Assembly: GCA_964534625.1 (NCBI GenBank)
Contig: CAZHRF010000060.1
Coordinates: 1 to 14,472 of the forward strand
Origin: an uncultured archaeon
Lineage (GTDB): Archaea > Asgardarchaeota > Heimdallarchaeia > Heimdallarchaeales > Heimdallarchaeaceae
Length of the DNA stretch: 14,472 bases
Direction: 5' to 3'
Both the position numbers and the translations under genes were made by a program. Within the stretch, counting starts at the first letter, position 1; the number at the start of each line of letters is the position of its first letter. Under the pieces are notes generated by a model. That model was not told the origin of the DNA. It did no database searches and was given only the letters and a program-made list of their open reading frames with translations. This document shows positions 1-8,136 of the stretch, piece by piece.

Positions 1-2
1 GC

Positions 3-848
3 TTATCTTCCTTCCTCTGTCCCCTCAGAGGATGGAACTACGAACCCTTTTTTTATTAATTCCTTATAGAAATCTATTCTTCTATCCTTAAATAAATTAT
101 TCCTGGTGTTGAGCCATTTATTCTTAGCCTCATTAACATCTATTTCTACTATTTTTACTTCTTCTGTATCTTTTTCTGCTTTTTGTAAGACTTCCATTTT
201 AGGGGAAGTTATTTGGCTCTGCCCAGTGAATCCTATTTCAACAGCCCCATTTTTTTCCGTTCCTATTCTATTGGCTGTAATTGTAAAAACTTTATTTTCT
301 ATTGATCTAGATAACATAGCTGTTTGGCTATAAGGTAATACGAGATTAGCCGAATGTGCAATTATATCCGCCCCTTTAAGCGCTAATATACGTGTTGCTT
401 CAGGAAAGATCCAATCAAAACATATAATTACGCCTATCTTTGCTTTCCCTATATCAATAGGTTCAAATCTATTGTTACCTGCTGTGAAAAAGAGTTTTTC
501 TCGATCAAATAGATGCATCTTTCTATAAGTAGCTATATAGCCATCTGGTCCTATAGTTATTGCAGAATTATAAAAACGATTACTCTCTTTTTCACAGATT
601 CCACTAACAATATAAGCATTCTTTTTTTCTGCTATATCTATTAATGTACTTGAAAATGGCCCTCTAGGTATGGTTTCAGCGCAAATTTCGAGTTCCTCTT
701 TATTTATAAAAGTATATCCAGAATTTGCCAATTCAGGTAAAACAATAAGATCAATTTTTTCTAACCCTTCTAGGTTTTTTCTAATTATTTTAATATTTGT
801 TTCTACATCTTTTAATTTTGGTTTGAATTGAAGAAAACCAATTTTCAT
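3..848 (-). CDS. Carbon-nitrogen hydrolase (nitrilase superfamily)
   Basis: Catalytic triad motifs are present: LIVLPEL (Glu), YRKMHLF (Lys), IICFDWIFPE (Cys), plus ANRIG and GQSQI, and DRR near the C-terminus. Confidence 0.95.
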   Translation of the reverse strand: MKIGFLQFKPKLKDVETNIKIIRKNLEGLEKIDLIVLPELANSGYTFINKEELEICAETIPRGPFSSTLIDIAEKKNAYIVSGICEKESNRFYNSAITIGPDGYIATYRKMHLFDREKLFFTAGNNRFEPIDIGKAKIGVIICFDWIFPEATRILALKGADIIAHSANLVLPYSQTAMLSRSIENKVFTITANRIGTEKNGAVEIGFTGQSQITSPKMEVLQKAEKDTEEVKIVEIDVNEAKNKWLNTRNNLFKDRRIDFYKELIKKGFVVPSSEGTEEGR

Positions 849-918
849 ATATACACAGGGGTATTTTCGCTTTTTAAAACTTTTTTCTTGAAAAAAATCT
901 ATTTTTACTTATTTTTTT

Positions 919-1018
919 CATAGACCTTAGAGTTCATCTCACTTGAGAAATATATGGACAGCTAAGTATGCTTAAACCATCGCAAAAAAGTTTACTGAGA
1001 TGAACTTTGAAGTTCGTG
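919..1018. mobile_element. MITE-like element, copy 1 (100 bp, ~21-23-bp imperfect TIRs, flanked by T7/T8)
   Basis: Ends CATAGACCTTAGAGTTCATCTCA ... TGAGATGAACTTTGAAGTTCGTG. Colinear with 14366-14464 (about 73/100 identical by manual alignment). Flanks are ATTTTTTT and TTTTTTTT. Confidence 0.75.
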
Positions 1019-1042
1019 TTTTTTTTCTTCTTCACTTATATT

Positions 1043-1750
1043 TTACTGCTCTTCTACTTCTTCCTTTCTTTCATCTTTAGTCTTCATCTCAGAATCTAAC
1101 TGTTTTTTACTTTTACCGCTTACCATTTCTAATCTACCTTTCCAATCGAATTCTTCAAATCCATCTACTCTTTTTCTTCTTTTTTGTTGCACATTATCTT
1201 CAATTCTGTAAAGACCAGTATAAAAAGAATCTATCTGATTTCTTCTCTTTAGGAAAACCTCTCTTTCTTCTGCTCTTTTCTCAAAATCAAAGAGATATTT
1301 TATGTATTCTCTCAAACTCATTTTTTTAGAACTTAAAGTTTTAGTAATAGAATAAGTTATTGAGGATATTTCTAAAATGATTAATGTACCCCAAAATATT
1401 ATCCTCAATATTATGACGTCAATTTTAAAAAAAGATAGGATTACTATAGGCAAATATGATGCTGTTAAAACTGCTACAGGTAATGCTACAACCAAAAAAA
1501 AGAGTTCATTAAATACTATGGCTATAGCATACCCTCTACCCGTCAAATACCGTATTAATAGTCCAGATGTAAAACTTATACTTACTGCACCTATTGCCAC
1601 CCATAAGATGATTTGTAATATAACTATATTTTCAACATAGGAATAAATAAGAAAGAATATCGCAGCTCCTGCGAGTATTATAAATTGAAGAAAATTCATT
1701 AAGTCTACAGATTTCTTCTTTCTTCTTGGAAGTCCATGCATTTTTTTCAA
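1043..1750 (-). CDS. Uncharacterised 4-TM membrane protein with charged cytoplasmic C-terminus (paralog A)
   Basis: Four hydrophobic segments. Shares GRGY, YLP, Y.KY.F, IEDN and FEEF.WK.R motifs with 1850..2569. Start is TTG at 1750 or ATG at 1741. Confidence 0.85.
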   Translation of the reverse strand: MKKMHGLPRRKKKSVDLMNFLQFIILAGAAIFFLIYSYVENIVILQIILWVAIGAVSISFTSGLLIRYLTGRGYAIAIVFNELFFLVVALPVAVLTASYLPIVILSFFKIDVIILRIIFWGTLIILEISSITYSITKTLSSKKMSLREYIKYLFDFEKRAEEREVFLKRRNQIDSFYTGLYRIEDNVQQKRRKRVDGFEEFDWKGRLEMVSGKSKKQLDSEMKTKDERKEEVEEQ

Positions 1751-1849
1751 TTTCTTTTATATGGTTTGTATTTATATAGTTTGTTTATGTGTCATTGTCT
1801 TTTTTAAGATATGTACACTTTATATTTTTGTAGTAACTCATGTAAGAGA

Positions 1850-2569
1850 TTATTTCACCAAATGACCACATCGAGAACAATAAGAAGAATCCTTATCATT
1901 TATATAACCACACATTTTACAAGGTGGTGATTTTATTGTTTCTTTTTTTGGAGTGATCCTTTCTTTCCAATTAAATTCTTCAAATGTTGTTTTAGATTCC
2001 ATTCTTTTTTTGATTATATTGTCCTCTATGTTACCTAATCTGTCAAAAAAAATTTCAACCTCTACTGATTTTTTCTCTTTTTCTTTATTTTCTCTTATTC
2101 TCCTTTTAATATTAAAAAAGTATTTTGTGTATTGAAAAATATTCATCTCTACATCTTTCATTTTCCCTCTTAAAACCATTATAATGGAAGCCACTTGTAA
2201 AGCTAGAATCGCTCCAACAAACCCTATTGCTAATTGTTCATTGTTAATTCCTAACATAAGTAATATGCTATATGGTAGGTAAGCTATTGCCAATACTATA
2301 ATTGGAATACCTATCGTAATATACAAGATATCATTTATCAAGCTAATTATGACATAACCTCGCCCTTTCAGCACTTTCATTACTTTTTTTATTACAAAAT
2401 GTAGAATTAAGATACCAAAAACAATTATAGCTACAATTTGAACATTTAAAGATCCCCAAACTAAAAGGTAAAGAGAAAGTGAAAAAATTATTCCTCCTAA
2501 AATTATTTGTAATATCACTTTATCTCTATTTTTTATGTGTTCAAGACGTTTCGAAGGCTGATGCATCAC
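1850..2569 (-). CDS. Uncharacterised 4-TM membrane protein with C-terminal zinc ribbon (paralog B)
   Basis: Four TM segments, paralogous to 1043..1750, with C-terminal CKMC-x10-CSRC. Start is GTG 2569 or ATG 2566. Confidence 0.85.
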   Translation of the reverse strand: MMHQPSKRLEHIKNRDKVILQIILGGIIFSLSLYLLVWGSLNVQIVAIIVFGILILHFVIKKVMKVLKGRGYVIISLINDILYITIGIPIIVLAIAYLPYSILLMLGINNEQLAIGFVGAILALQVASIIMVLRGKMKDVEMNIFQYTKYFFNIKRRIRENKEKEKKSVEVEIFFDRLGNIEDNIIKKRMESKTTFEEFNWKERITPKKETIKSPPCKMCGYINDKDSSYCSRCGHLVK

Positions 2570-2590
2570 AATAAAATGATTCTAACAAAA

Positions 2591-2598
2591 CTTATATA
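2591..2598 (-). promoter_or_regulatory. Archaeal TATA box for 1850..2569
   Basis: TATATAAG on the minus strand about 22-25 bp upstream of the start codon, fitting leaderless-mRNA geometry. Confidence 0.5.
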
Positions 2599-2697
2599 CG
2601 TTGACGTTTCGCAAAAAATTGCTTTTTTTCGTTGTAATAAAGTTTGCTCAATTTTTTATGATTTTGTTTAGAACATTTAAACGTGTATTGTTTTTTC

Positions 2698-2737
2698 TTC
2701 TTTTCATCCCCTCCCTCAAGGACGGGGTTTTCAAGAA
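2698..2737 (-). repeat. IS200/IS605-end-like / REP-like hairpin, copy A
   Basis: Minus strand reads TTCTTGAAAACCCCGTCCTTGAGGGAGGGGATGAAAAGAA, 34/40 identical to 13371-13410. GC-rich hairpin of the CCCCGTCC-TTNA-GGGCGGGG type seen at IS200/IS605 ends. Confidence 0.7.
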
Positions 2738-2775
2738 GACGTTCAAATAAAAAGTTACAAAACCTCGCTGATGGC

Positions 2776-2805
2776 AGGGTAACCTATCCCAGAGTTGCCT
2801 TTTTT
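2776..2805 (+). terminator. Stem-loop followed by T-tract (terminator-like or 3' end of a small RNA)
   Basis: AGGGTAAC pairs with GTTGCCTT using G-U wobbles, which favours the + strand, and is followed by T6 at 2800-2805. Confidence 0.35.
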
Positions 2806-2862
2806 GATCACATGAAAATAAAAAAGTATAAAAATAAAAAGGAAATAAAAAGAAATAATACG

Positions 2863-5250
2863 CTATAGTTTATTCTTTCTCTTTTTGATTACATTAACAG
2901 CTTGGACAGCCAATAATGAACCACCTATAAATAGTAGCGCAAACGCATTGTATCCTGTTTCTTCTACTTCTGGTAACTCTACTTTAAATGAATATTCCTT
3001 TACAGTTGTATAAGAATAGTTTCCGACGTTTTCTGCATAGAATCTGTAACTTACAATATCACCCACTTCCAAAAATCCTTCTATTTCATATTGAAAACAG
3101 AGTTGTCTGAGGCTGTCATTTGTAGCAAAGGTTAGAGATTTTGTAAGATTGAGATCCATAGCTACAGAAAATTCATCTGTTTCATTTAATTCTAATCTAT
3201 CAATTATCAGAGAGATATTCACATGCAGTTTTCCATTTGGTAATTCTTCTATTGCTGTAAGATTTGTCATGTTTACTTCAATGACATAAAGTCTATTTGG
3301 TCTAAAATCAGTTGCTCTTGTTAGCTTTTCCTCTTGTGCTGTTTCTTTGTAAAATATAACAGGATCTGAAAAAATCAAATCAGTTTTTCCTTCTACATAA
3401 TTTACTGTATACGTATAATTTGCACTTAAAATCGGTTCTTCTTCTATTCCAATATATTCAATGCGTATTCTATATTCAACTAATGTATCATAGGGTTGTG
3501 CTGGAATTGTTTCAGTATATACATATATAGAACCTGTTTGGTCAGTAATTGTCATTTGTTTTTCTGTCCATGTACTCTCATTGTTTACTCTATAATCGAG
3601 ATATACTTCAACATTTGTTCCCTCGGGTCTAAACGCTTGTGCTGATATTGTTACGTCATCAAAGTTTGTTGGGTTCTCCATATCCCGTAAAACAAATTCT
3701 ATAATTGGTGGCACAGTGAATGTATCTTCTGATGGATATTCATCAATATAACCACTACCTAAATCAAATTCTGTAGCAGTAGGATCTTCAGCATAGTAGT
3801 TACCAATATAACTTTCATGAATTGCATCATATGCATAAAATGTACCTGATGAAATAGTATCTATTTCCAAATAATCTCCATTTATTTGTTCAAAATTATT
3901 TTTATATACTCTGAAGTTTTCTATATTTTGGAATTTAAACACAACATCATCAATATCATCAAAAGTATTTAAGGCAATTATAGGATTGTTAATGTTCCTT
4001 ATACTTATAGCTAAATCAGTATTGAGTATATTACCACCTTGAATATTTATTTTAGGTGTGTTTTTTACTCTTATCCCTAGCTCTGCATTTCTTATCTCAT
4101 TTCCATATAATCTAATTCCTTCTGAAAAGAGTATATTTATCCCAGTTTCAGCATCAGATACAGTATTACTAGCAAATGACGTTCTTTCTGCTGACCAAGC
4201 ATTTATACCATAAGTACAATTCAATGCGGAATTTGCAGTAACAGCACTATCGTCTAATTTCTCAAAATAATAACCCATATAAGAATCATACACGCTATTC
4301 CCTATAATTTGTAAAAATCTAGAATACATTAGTATCATGGGTTCATCTGAATAGTGAAAATTATTACTATTTATCTCACTTAGAATAATGTCATCAATAA
4401 CAAATCCTTTTGCGGAATTATTAACAACATTATTTTCAATGACAAGTGATTGGCCACCGTCTATTTTAATTGCGGTATCTGTTATTTGATCAAAAGTATT
4501 GCTTAATAGTCGAACAGGAGCTAATGATTCTCCATAGAAACCCATCGTTAAGTCTTTGAACTCATTATCTTCTATTCTTACTCTACCTCTGAAGTATGAT
4601 AGGGGGAGTTCTCCATTTCTAAAAATGTTATTTGTTATTTCTCCTGTATCGACACGCTCTAAGTAGAATGAAGAGTTATTTTCCACAATAGAATTCGATA
4701 AATAAAGTGCCCCATAGGATACTTCGGCTTCGGTTTGAATAAAGTTTGTTCCATTAATATTTAAAGAGGAAGTGTCCCCAAATATTAAGCTAGATTCTAT
4801 TTGACAATCCACTATTTCTGCTCCTCCTCGATCTAAGTTTAAAATAGTGTGTTCAATTGTTACATTGTCAAACACTATATCGTCAGCAGTTGATTGTTTA
4901 TCAATAGTCAAAGGATGATCAGCATCTACAACTTGAATAATAGAGTTGTAAATAAATAAAGAACCTCTCACATATATTAAAGGTTCAACAGTTTCATTGC
5001 CAGTGTCATCAACTTGAAATGTTAAAACAGAATTATCAATAGTTAATGACCCTTCGTCATCAATTAGAATGCTTCCGTTAATAAGCTGTTCTTGATCGGT
5101 CCAACTTACATCATCGTCTATAGTCTGTGTGTAATCTTCAGGTTGAATAAAAATATTATTATCAATATTTGTTATAGCTTGTCCTATGCTAACCATGCTT
5201 ATTATAAAAGTTAACACTATCAAGCCTTTTACCCAGTTTGGTATTTTCAT
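2863..5250 (-). CDS. Cell-surface protein with right-handed parallel beta-helix (PbH1/NosD-like) repeats, Ig-like region and C-terminal TM anchor
   Basis: N-terminal signal peptide (MKIPNWVKGLIVLTFIISMVSIGQA), ~22-aa repeats of the I..N.F/V...G type, acidic composition, many N-x-S/T sequons, and a C-terminal hydrophobic helix followed by KKRKNK. SD-like GAGGT upstream. Confidence 0.85.
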   Translation of the reverse strand: MKIPNWVKGLIVLTFIISMVSIGQAITNIDNNIFIQPEDYTQTIDDDVSWTDQEQLINGSILIDDEGSLTIDNSVLTFQVDDTGNETVEPLIYVRGSLFIYNSIIQVVDADHPLTIDKQSTADDIVFDNVTIEHTILNLDRGGAEIVDCQIESSLIFGDTSSLNINGTNFIQTEAEVSYGALYLSNSIVENNSSFYLERVDTGEITNNIFRNGELPLSYFRGRVRIEDNEFKDLTMGFYGESLAPVRLLSNTFDQITDTAIKIDGGQSLVIENNVVNNSAKGFVIDDIILSEINSNNFHYSDEPMILMYSRFLQIIGNSVYDSYMGYYFEKLDDSAVTANSALNCTYGINAWSAERTSFASNTVSDAETGINILFSEGIRLYGNEIRNAELGIRVKNTPKINIQGGNILNTDLAISIRNINNPIIALNTFDDIDDVVFKFQNIENFRVYKNNFEQINGDYLEIDTISSGTFYAYDAIHESYIGNYYAEDPTATEFDLGSGYIDEYPSEDTFTVPPIIEFVLRDMENPTNFDDVTISAQAFRPEGTNVEVYLDYRVNNESTWTEKQMTITDQTGSIYVYTETIPAQPYDTLVEYRIRIEYIGIEEEPILSANYTYTVNYVEGKTDLIFSDPVIFYKETAQEEKLTRATDFRPNRLYVIEVNMTNLTAIEELPNGKLHVNISLIIDRLELNETDEFSVAMDLNLTKSLTFATNDSLRQLCFQYEIEGFLEVGDIVSYRFYAENVGNYSYTTVKEYSFKVELPEVEETGYNAFALLFIGGSLLAVQAVNVIKKRKNKL

Positions 5251-5353
5251 AGATTTAAACCTCTCTTATTGGATATAATTCGCTAATCAACCGACTAGAC
5301 GAACATTTTTAAAGATTTTGTATTGCACGTGAAGGAAAAAGATAATGAAATAT

Positions 5354-5376
5354 ATGGATATTATATTTATATCCAT
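5354..5376. promoter_or_regulatory. 8-7-8 inverted repeat, putative transcription-factor operator
   Basis: ATGGATAT-tatattt-ATATCCAT in the divergent intergenic region between 5250 (-) and 5476 (+). Confidence 0.4.
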
Positions 5377-5475
5377 CAATTGTTTTATTAGAACAAAAAT
5401 AAGACAGAACAGCCACATCTAAAATCAGAGAATAATACCGATGGATTTTTAACTTGATTTACAAAATCTAATTGT

Positions 5476-5949
5476 ATGAAATTTGTGGAACGTAACCACT
5501 ATTGCAAACAATGTGATTCAGAAGTATCATATATTAACATTGTAACAGAAAAAAATATAGGAAAGACTAGGAAATGCCCAAAATGTAACGGAAAAGTTAT
5601 TTCTTACTGGAAGGAGGATCCGCTACTTCATGTTCTTCCTATTGTTTTAGGTGTTCCATTTACAGGTTTTAGTTTTATTTATGCCCTATACAAACTTTAC
5701 ATCGGTGAAAAAAATTCTTTTGATATATTTATCCTTGTTTTTAATGTTGTTCTAAGTATGATTATTATGGTTTATGCAAGTACTAAAAGAAACAAAAGTG
5801 ATCCACCCACACATTCAGATAATTCACAAAAAATGCTTCAGTTATACAAAAAACAAAAGTGGACAGTTTTGTTCCTTACTATGGGAGGTTATATGGGAGT
5901 AATAGCAATCAATAGCTTGTTTTATCTCATTTGGATCCTTTTTAAATGA
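5476..5949 (+). CDS. Zinc-ribbon-containing membrane protein (3 TM), hypothetical
   Basis: N-terminal CKQC-x20-CPKC followed by three hydrophobic helices. Confidence 0.8.
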   Translation: MKFVERNHYCKQCDSEVSYINIVTEKNIGKTRKCPKCNGKVISYWKEDPLLHVLPIVLGVPFTGFSFIYALYKLYIGEKNSFDIFILVFNVVLSMIIMVYASTKRNKSDPPTHSDNSQKMLQLYKKQKWTVLFLTMGGYMGVIAINSLFYLIWILFK

Positions 5950-5969
5950 AAAGAGAAAATTTAAAGAAC

Positions 5970-6017
5970 GAAAAAGAAAAGGAAGGAAGGAAGGAATGGA
6001 AGAAGGAATGGAAAAAA
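5970..6017. repeat. Polypurine tract with (GGAA)4 and tandem 12-mer GAAGGAATGGAA x2; probable pyrimidine-rich terminator for the minus-strand ABC operon
   Basis: 48 bp containing only two pyrimidines, between convergent genes. Repeats at 5981-5996 and 5990-6013. Confidence 0.6.
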
Positions 6018-6022
6018 TAGTA

Positions 6023-7219
6023 CTAATCTAAATAAAGTGTTTTTTCTTTTTGAATGCCCTTAGTACTAAGAAATATTAATGCTATTAATGACACCAAAAT
6101 CAATGATGGATAAACTATTACTTCATAATTAAAAACTCTTGAAACTATCAATAATGCCAATCTATAACACCAAAAGAACGGATTGATCATTAACATTCCA
6201 GTTACCGTTAAAGGCTCTATAATTATTACAAAGTAGAAAAAGAATGCAAAGCCTATTGCTATTAGAGGACTTAAACGCTCTGAAGCTTCTCGCTTAAGAT
6301 TTGTATCAACAGCCATGGTCATCAGTGTTGATATGAAAAGCGCTAAAACAGCAAACAAAAACACAATGATAACATTTCCTACGCCAATAGCTTGAATATC
6401 AAAACCGAAAATGCTGAAAAAACTTTCAGTATCATCATCTGAAAAGGAGTATGAGAGAATTATACCTAACAAATAAGATAGAGTTGAACCAAGAGCAGCT
6501 ATTAAACCAGTTAATGCCTTTGATATAATGAGTAGACTATGATTTTTAACATAAGCCAAGAGCATTTCCATTGTTCGCATTCTTTTCTCTTTTCCAAATC
6601 CTATAAGACTACTTGAAGAGGAATTTAAGGATATCAACAAGAAAATCATATAGCCAAGGGGATATGCAAGTGTTGCAGCTTTGTACCCTAGCAGATCTTG
6701 CCCGCCTTGAGTAGTTGGTGTTATATCTTCAGTTGCTATTTGGGGGATTGTACGATTAGCCAAAGTAGTCGCAACTACATTTCGTGCTATGGTACGAATC
6801 TCAAGTATTGCTTGATTAGAAAAAGGGTTCTGTTTTTTATCAACAAAATATAATGTAGGATTGCCCTCATAAACTGTTGCTGTGAAATTTTCACTTATAA
6901 ATAATCCTAACTCATCAGTATTATTGATTTCTTCAAATGAATTAACAAGTTCTATTTCTATTGTACGTGATTCTCCATAATAGATACTCAAATTACCAAT
7001 AATATTATCGCCTACATTAATATTAGTAACACCGATATCAGCAGAATAAGCTCTTACTACCATCGGTTCTGTTGATCCAAACAGAGTAGGAATGCCAATC
7101 ATAAATAACATTAATAGAAATGGTCCTCCAAAAATAAAAAATGCTACTTTCTTCTTGAATAAGAATGATAAATCTTTTTTGAATAGAGCTTTAAACTCTT
7201 TGAATGCTTGATCTTTCAT
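6023..7219 (-). CDS. ABC-2 type exporter permease (NatB/YhgE-like)
   Basis: N-terminal TM, an extracytoplasmic domain, then about 5 TMs. Contains the KEKRMRTMEMLL ... SKAL motif and overlaps the ATPase gene by ATGA. Confidence 0.9.
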   Translation of the reverse strand: MKDQAFKEFKALFKKDLSFLFKKKVAFFIFGGPFLLMLFMIGIPTLFGSTEPMVVRAYSADIGVTNINVGDNIIGNLSIYYGESRTIEIELVNSFEEINNTDELGLFISENFTATVYEGNPTLYFVDKKQNPFSNQAILEIRTIARNVVATTLANRTIPQIATEDITPTTQGGQDLLGYKAATLAYPLGYMIFLLISLNSSSSSLIGFGKEKRMRTMEMLLAYVKNHSLLIISKALTGLIAALGSTLSYLLGIILSYSFSDDDTESFFSIFGFDIQAIGVGNVIIVFLFAVLALFISTLMTMAVDTNLKREASERLSPLIAIGFAFFFYFVIIIEPLTVTGMLMINPFFWCYRLALLIVSRVFNYEVIVYPSLILVSLIALIFLSTKGIQKEKTLYLD

Positions 7220-7995
7220 ATTATCAGCTCTTTTTGATTTAATGGACTGACTGAAGTATCAAAAGCTGCTATAATTGCTTCTTCAAAATCCCTAGATTCA
7301 GGTGAATAAAAGTCTATCAATTCATGTTTTGTACCTTGAAATACTAATTGCCCCTTTTTCATTATCCCACAATGAGTTGCCAGCTCCTCTAAATCAGATA
7401 CTATGTGCGAGGATAAAAGAATCGTTTTTCCTTCTTCAGCCATTTGGCTAATAATAGAACGGATATACTTAGCTCTAGCTATATCTAAACCGCTTGTGGG
7501 TTCATCTAAAATGAGTATGTCTGTGTTCAAAATTGATGCCATAATAAAACATACCGCACGTTGTTCGCCTCCGCTGAGTTTACTAAAAGGTTTAGTCAGT
7601 AGGTCTGTAGTTAGACCCAACGTTTCAAAATAATCGTCTAATTTTTGTTCATTTTTGGCAAATGAGATATTGTGCAGATCCATGATAAAACGAATATTTT
7701 CTAATGGCGTAAGATCATGATAGGCAGCTGAAATCTGAGGAAGTATACCAATTTTCCCTCGAATTGCTTTTGGGTGCGCTATAACATCGGTTCCATTAAT
7801 CATGATTTGACCAATATTTGGTTTAAGAAGACCGAGTAGCATACGGATAGTAGTGGTTTTTCCTGCGCCATTTGGTCCCAAGAGTGCGTATATGCTCCCT
7901 TTTGGTATTCTCAAATTTACACCATTGACAGCAATTAAAGTTTCAAAGGTCTTTGTCAGGTTATTTGTTTCTATTATTATTTCTGACATCAACAC
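7216..7995 (-). CDS. ABC transporter ATP-binding protein (drug/Na+ exporter type)
   Basis: Walker A GPNGAGKT, signature LSGGE, Walker B ILILDEPT, H-loop SSH. The true start is probably ATG at 7989. Confidence 0.96.
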   Translation of the reverse strand: MLMSEIIIETNNLTKTFETLIAVNGVNLRIPKGSIYALLGPNGAGKTTTIRMLLGLLKPNIGQIMINGTDVIAHPKAIRGKIGILPQISAAYHDLTPLENIRFIMDLHNISFAKNEQKLDDYFETLGLTTDLLTKPFSKLSGGEQRAVCFIMASILNTDILILDEPTSGLDIARAKYIRSIISQMAEEGKTILLSSHIVSDLEELATHCGIMKKGQLVFQGTKHELIDFYSPESRDFEEAIIAAFDTSVSPLNQKELII

Positions 7996-8050
7996 CAGCT
8001 AAAGACTTTTCATTATTAAACATATTTATTTGAAAAGTTCAAAATAGAGC

Positions 8051-8074
8051 AAGAGTAAGAGTAAGAGTAAGAGT
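8051..8074. repeat. Hexanucleotide tandem repeat (AAGAGT)4
   Basis: Four perfect copies, with a degenerate TAGAGC before them, in the divergent promoter region between the ABC and MFS genes. Confidence 0.85.
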
Positions 8075-8136
8075 AAAAAAAATAGGTGATATGTGCTTCA
8101 CACCAGAATTATCAGAAAGCTTTTATCTTCTAATAA

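Noticed and set aside
1-20. GCTTAT as the 3' conserved region of RNase P RNA
   Set aside because: Only 6 nt of similarity at the window edge; it cannot be supported without the flanking sequence.
2762-2785. Resemblance of CCTCGCTG...GGCAGGGTAAC to the HDV ribozyme core
   Set aside because: No upstream complementary strands exist for P1, P2 or P3, so the double pseudoknot cannot be built.
2683-2868. 61-aa ORF in the intergenic region
   Set aside because: It runs through the hairpin repeat and low-complexity T/A tracts, has a GTG start and has no protein-like features.
5347-5358. GAAATATATGGA shared with the interior of element copy 1 (947-958)
   Set aside because: An AT-rich 12-mer with no flanking similarity, not conserved in copy 2; likely chance.
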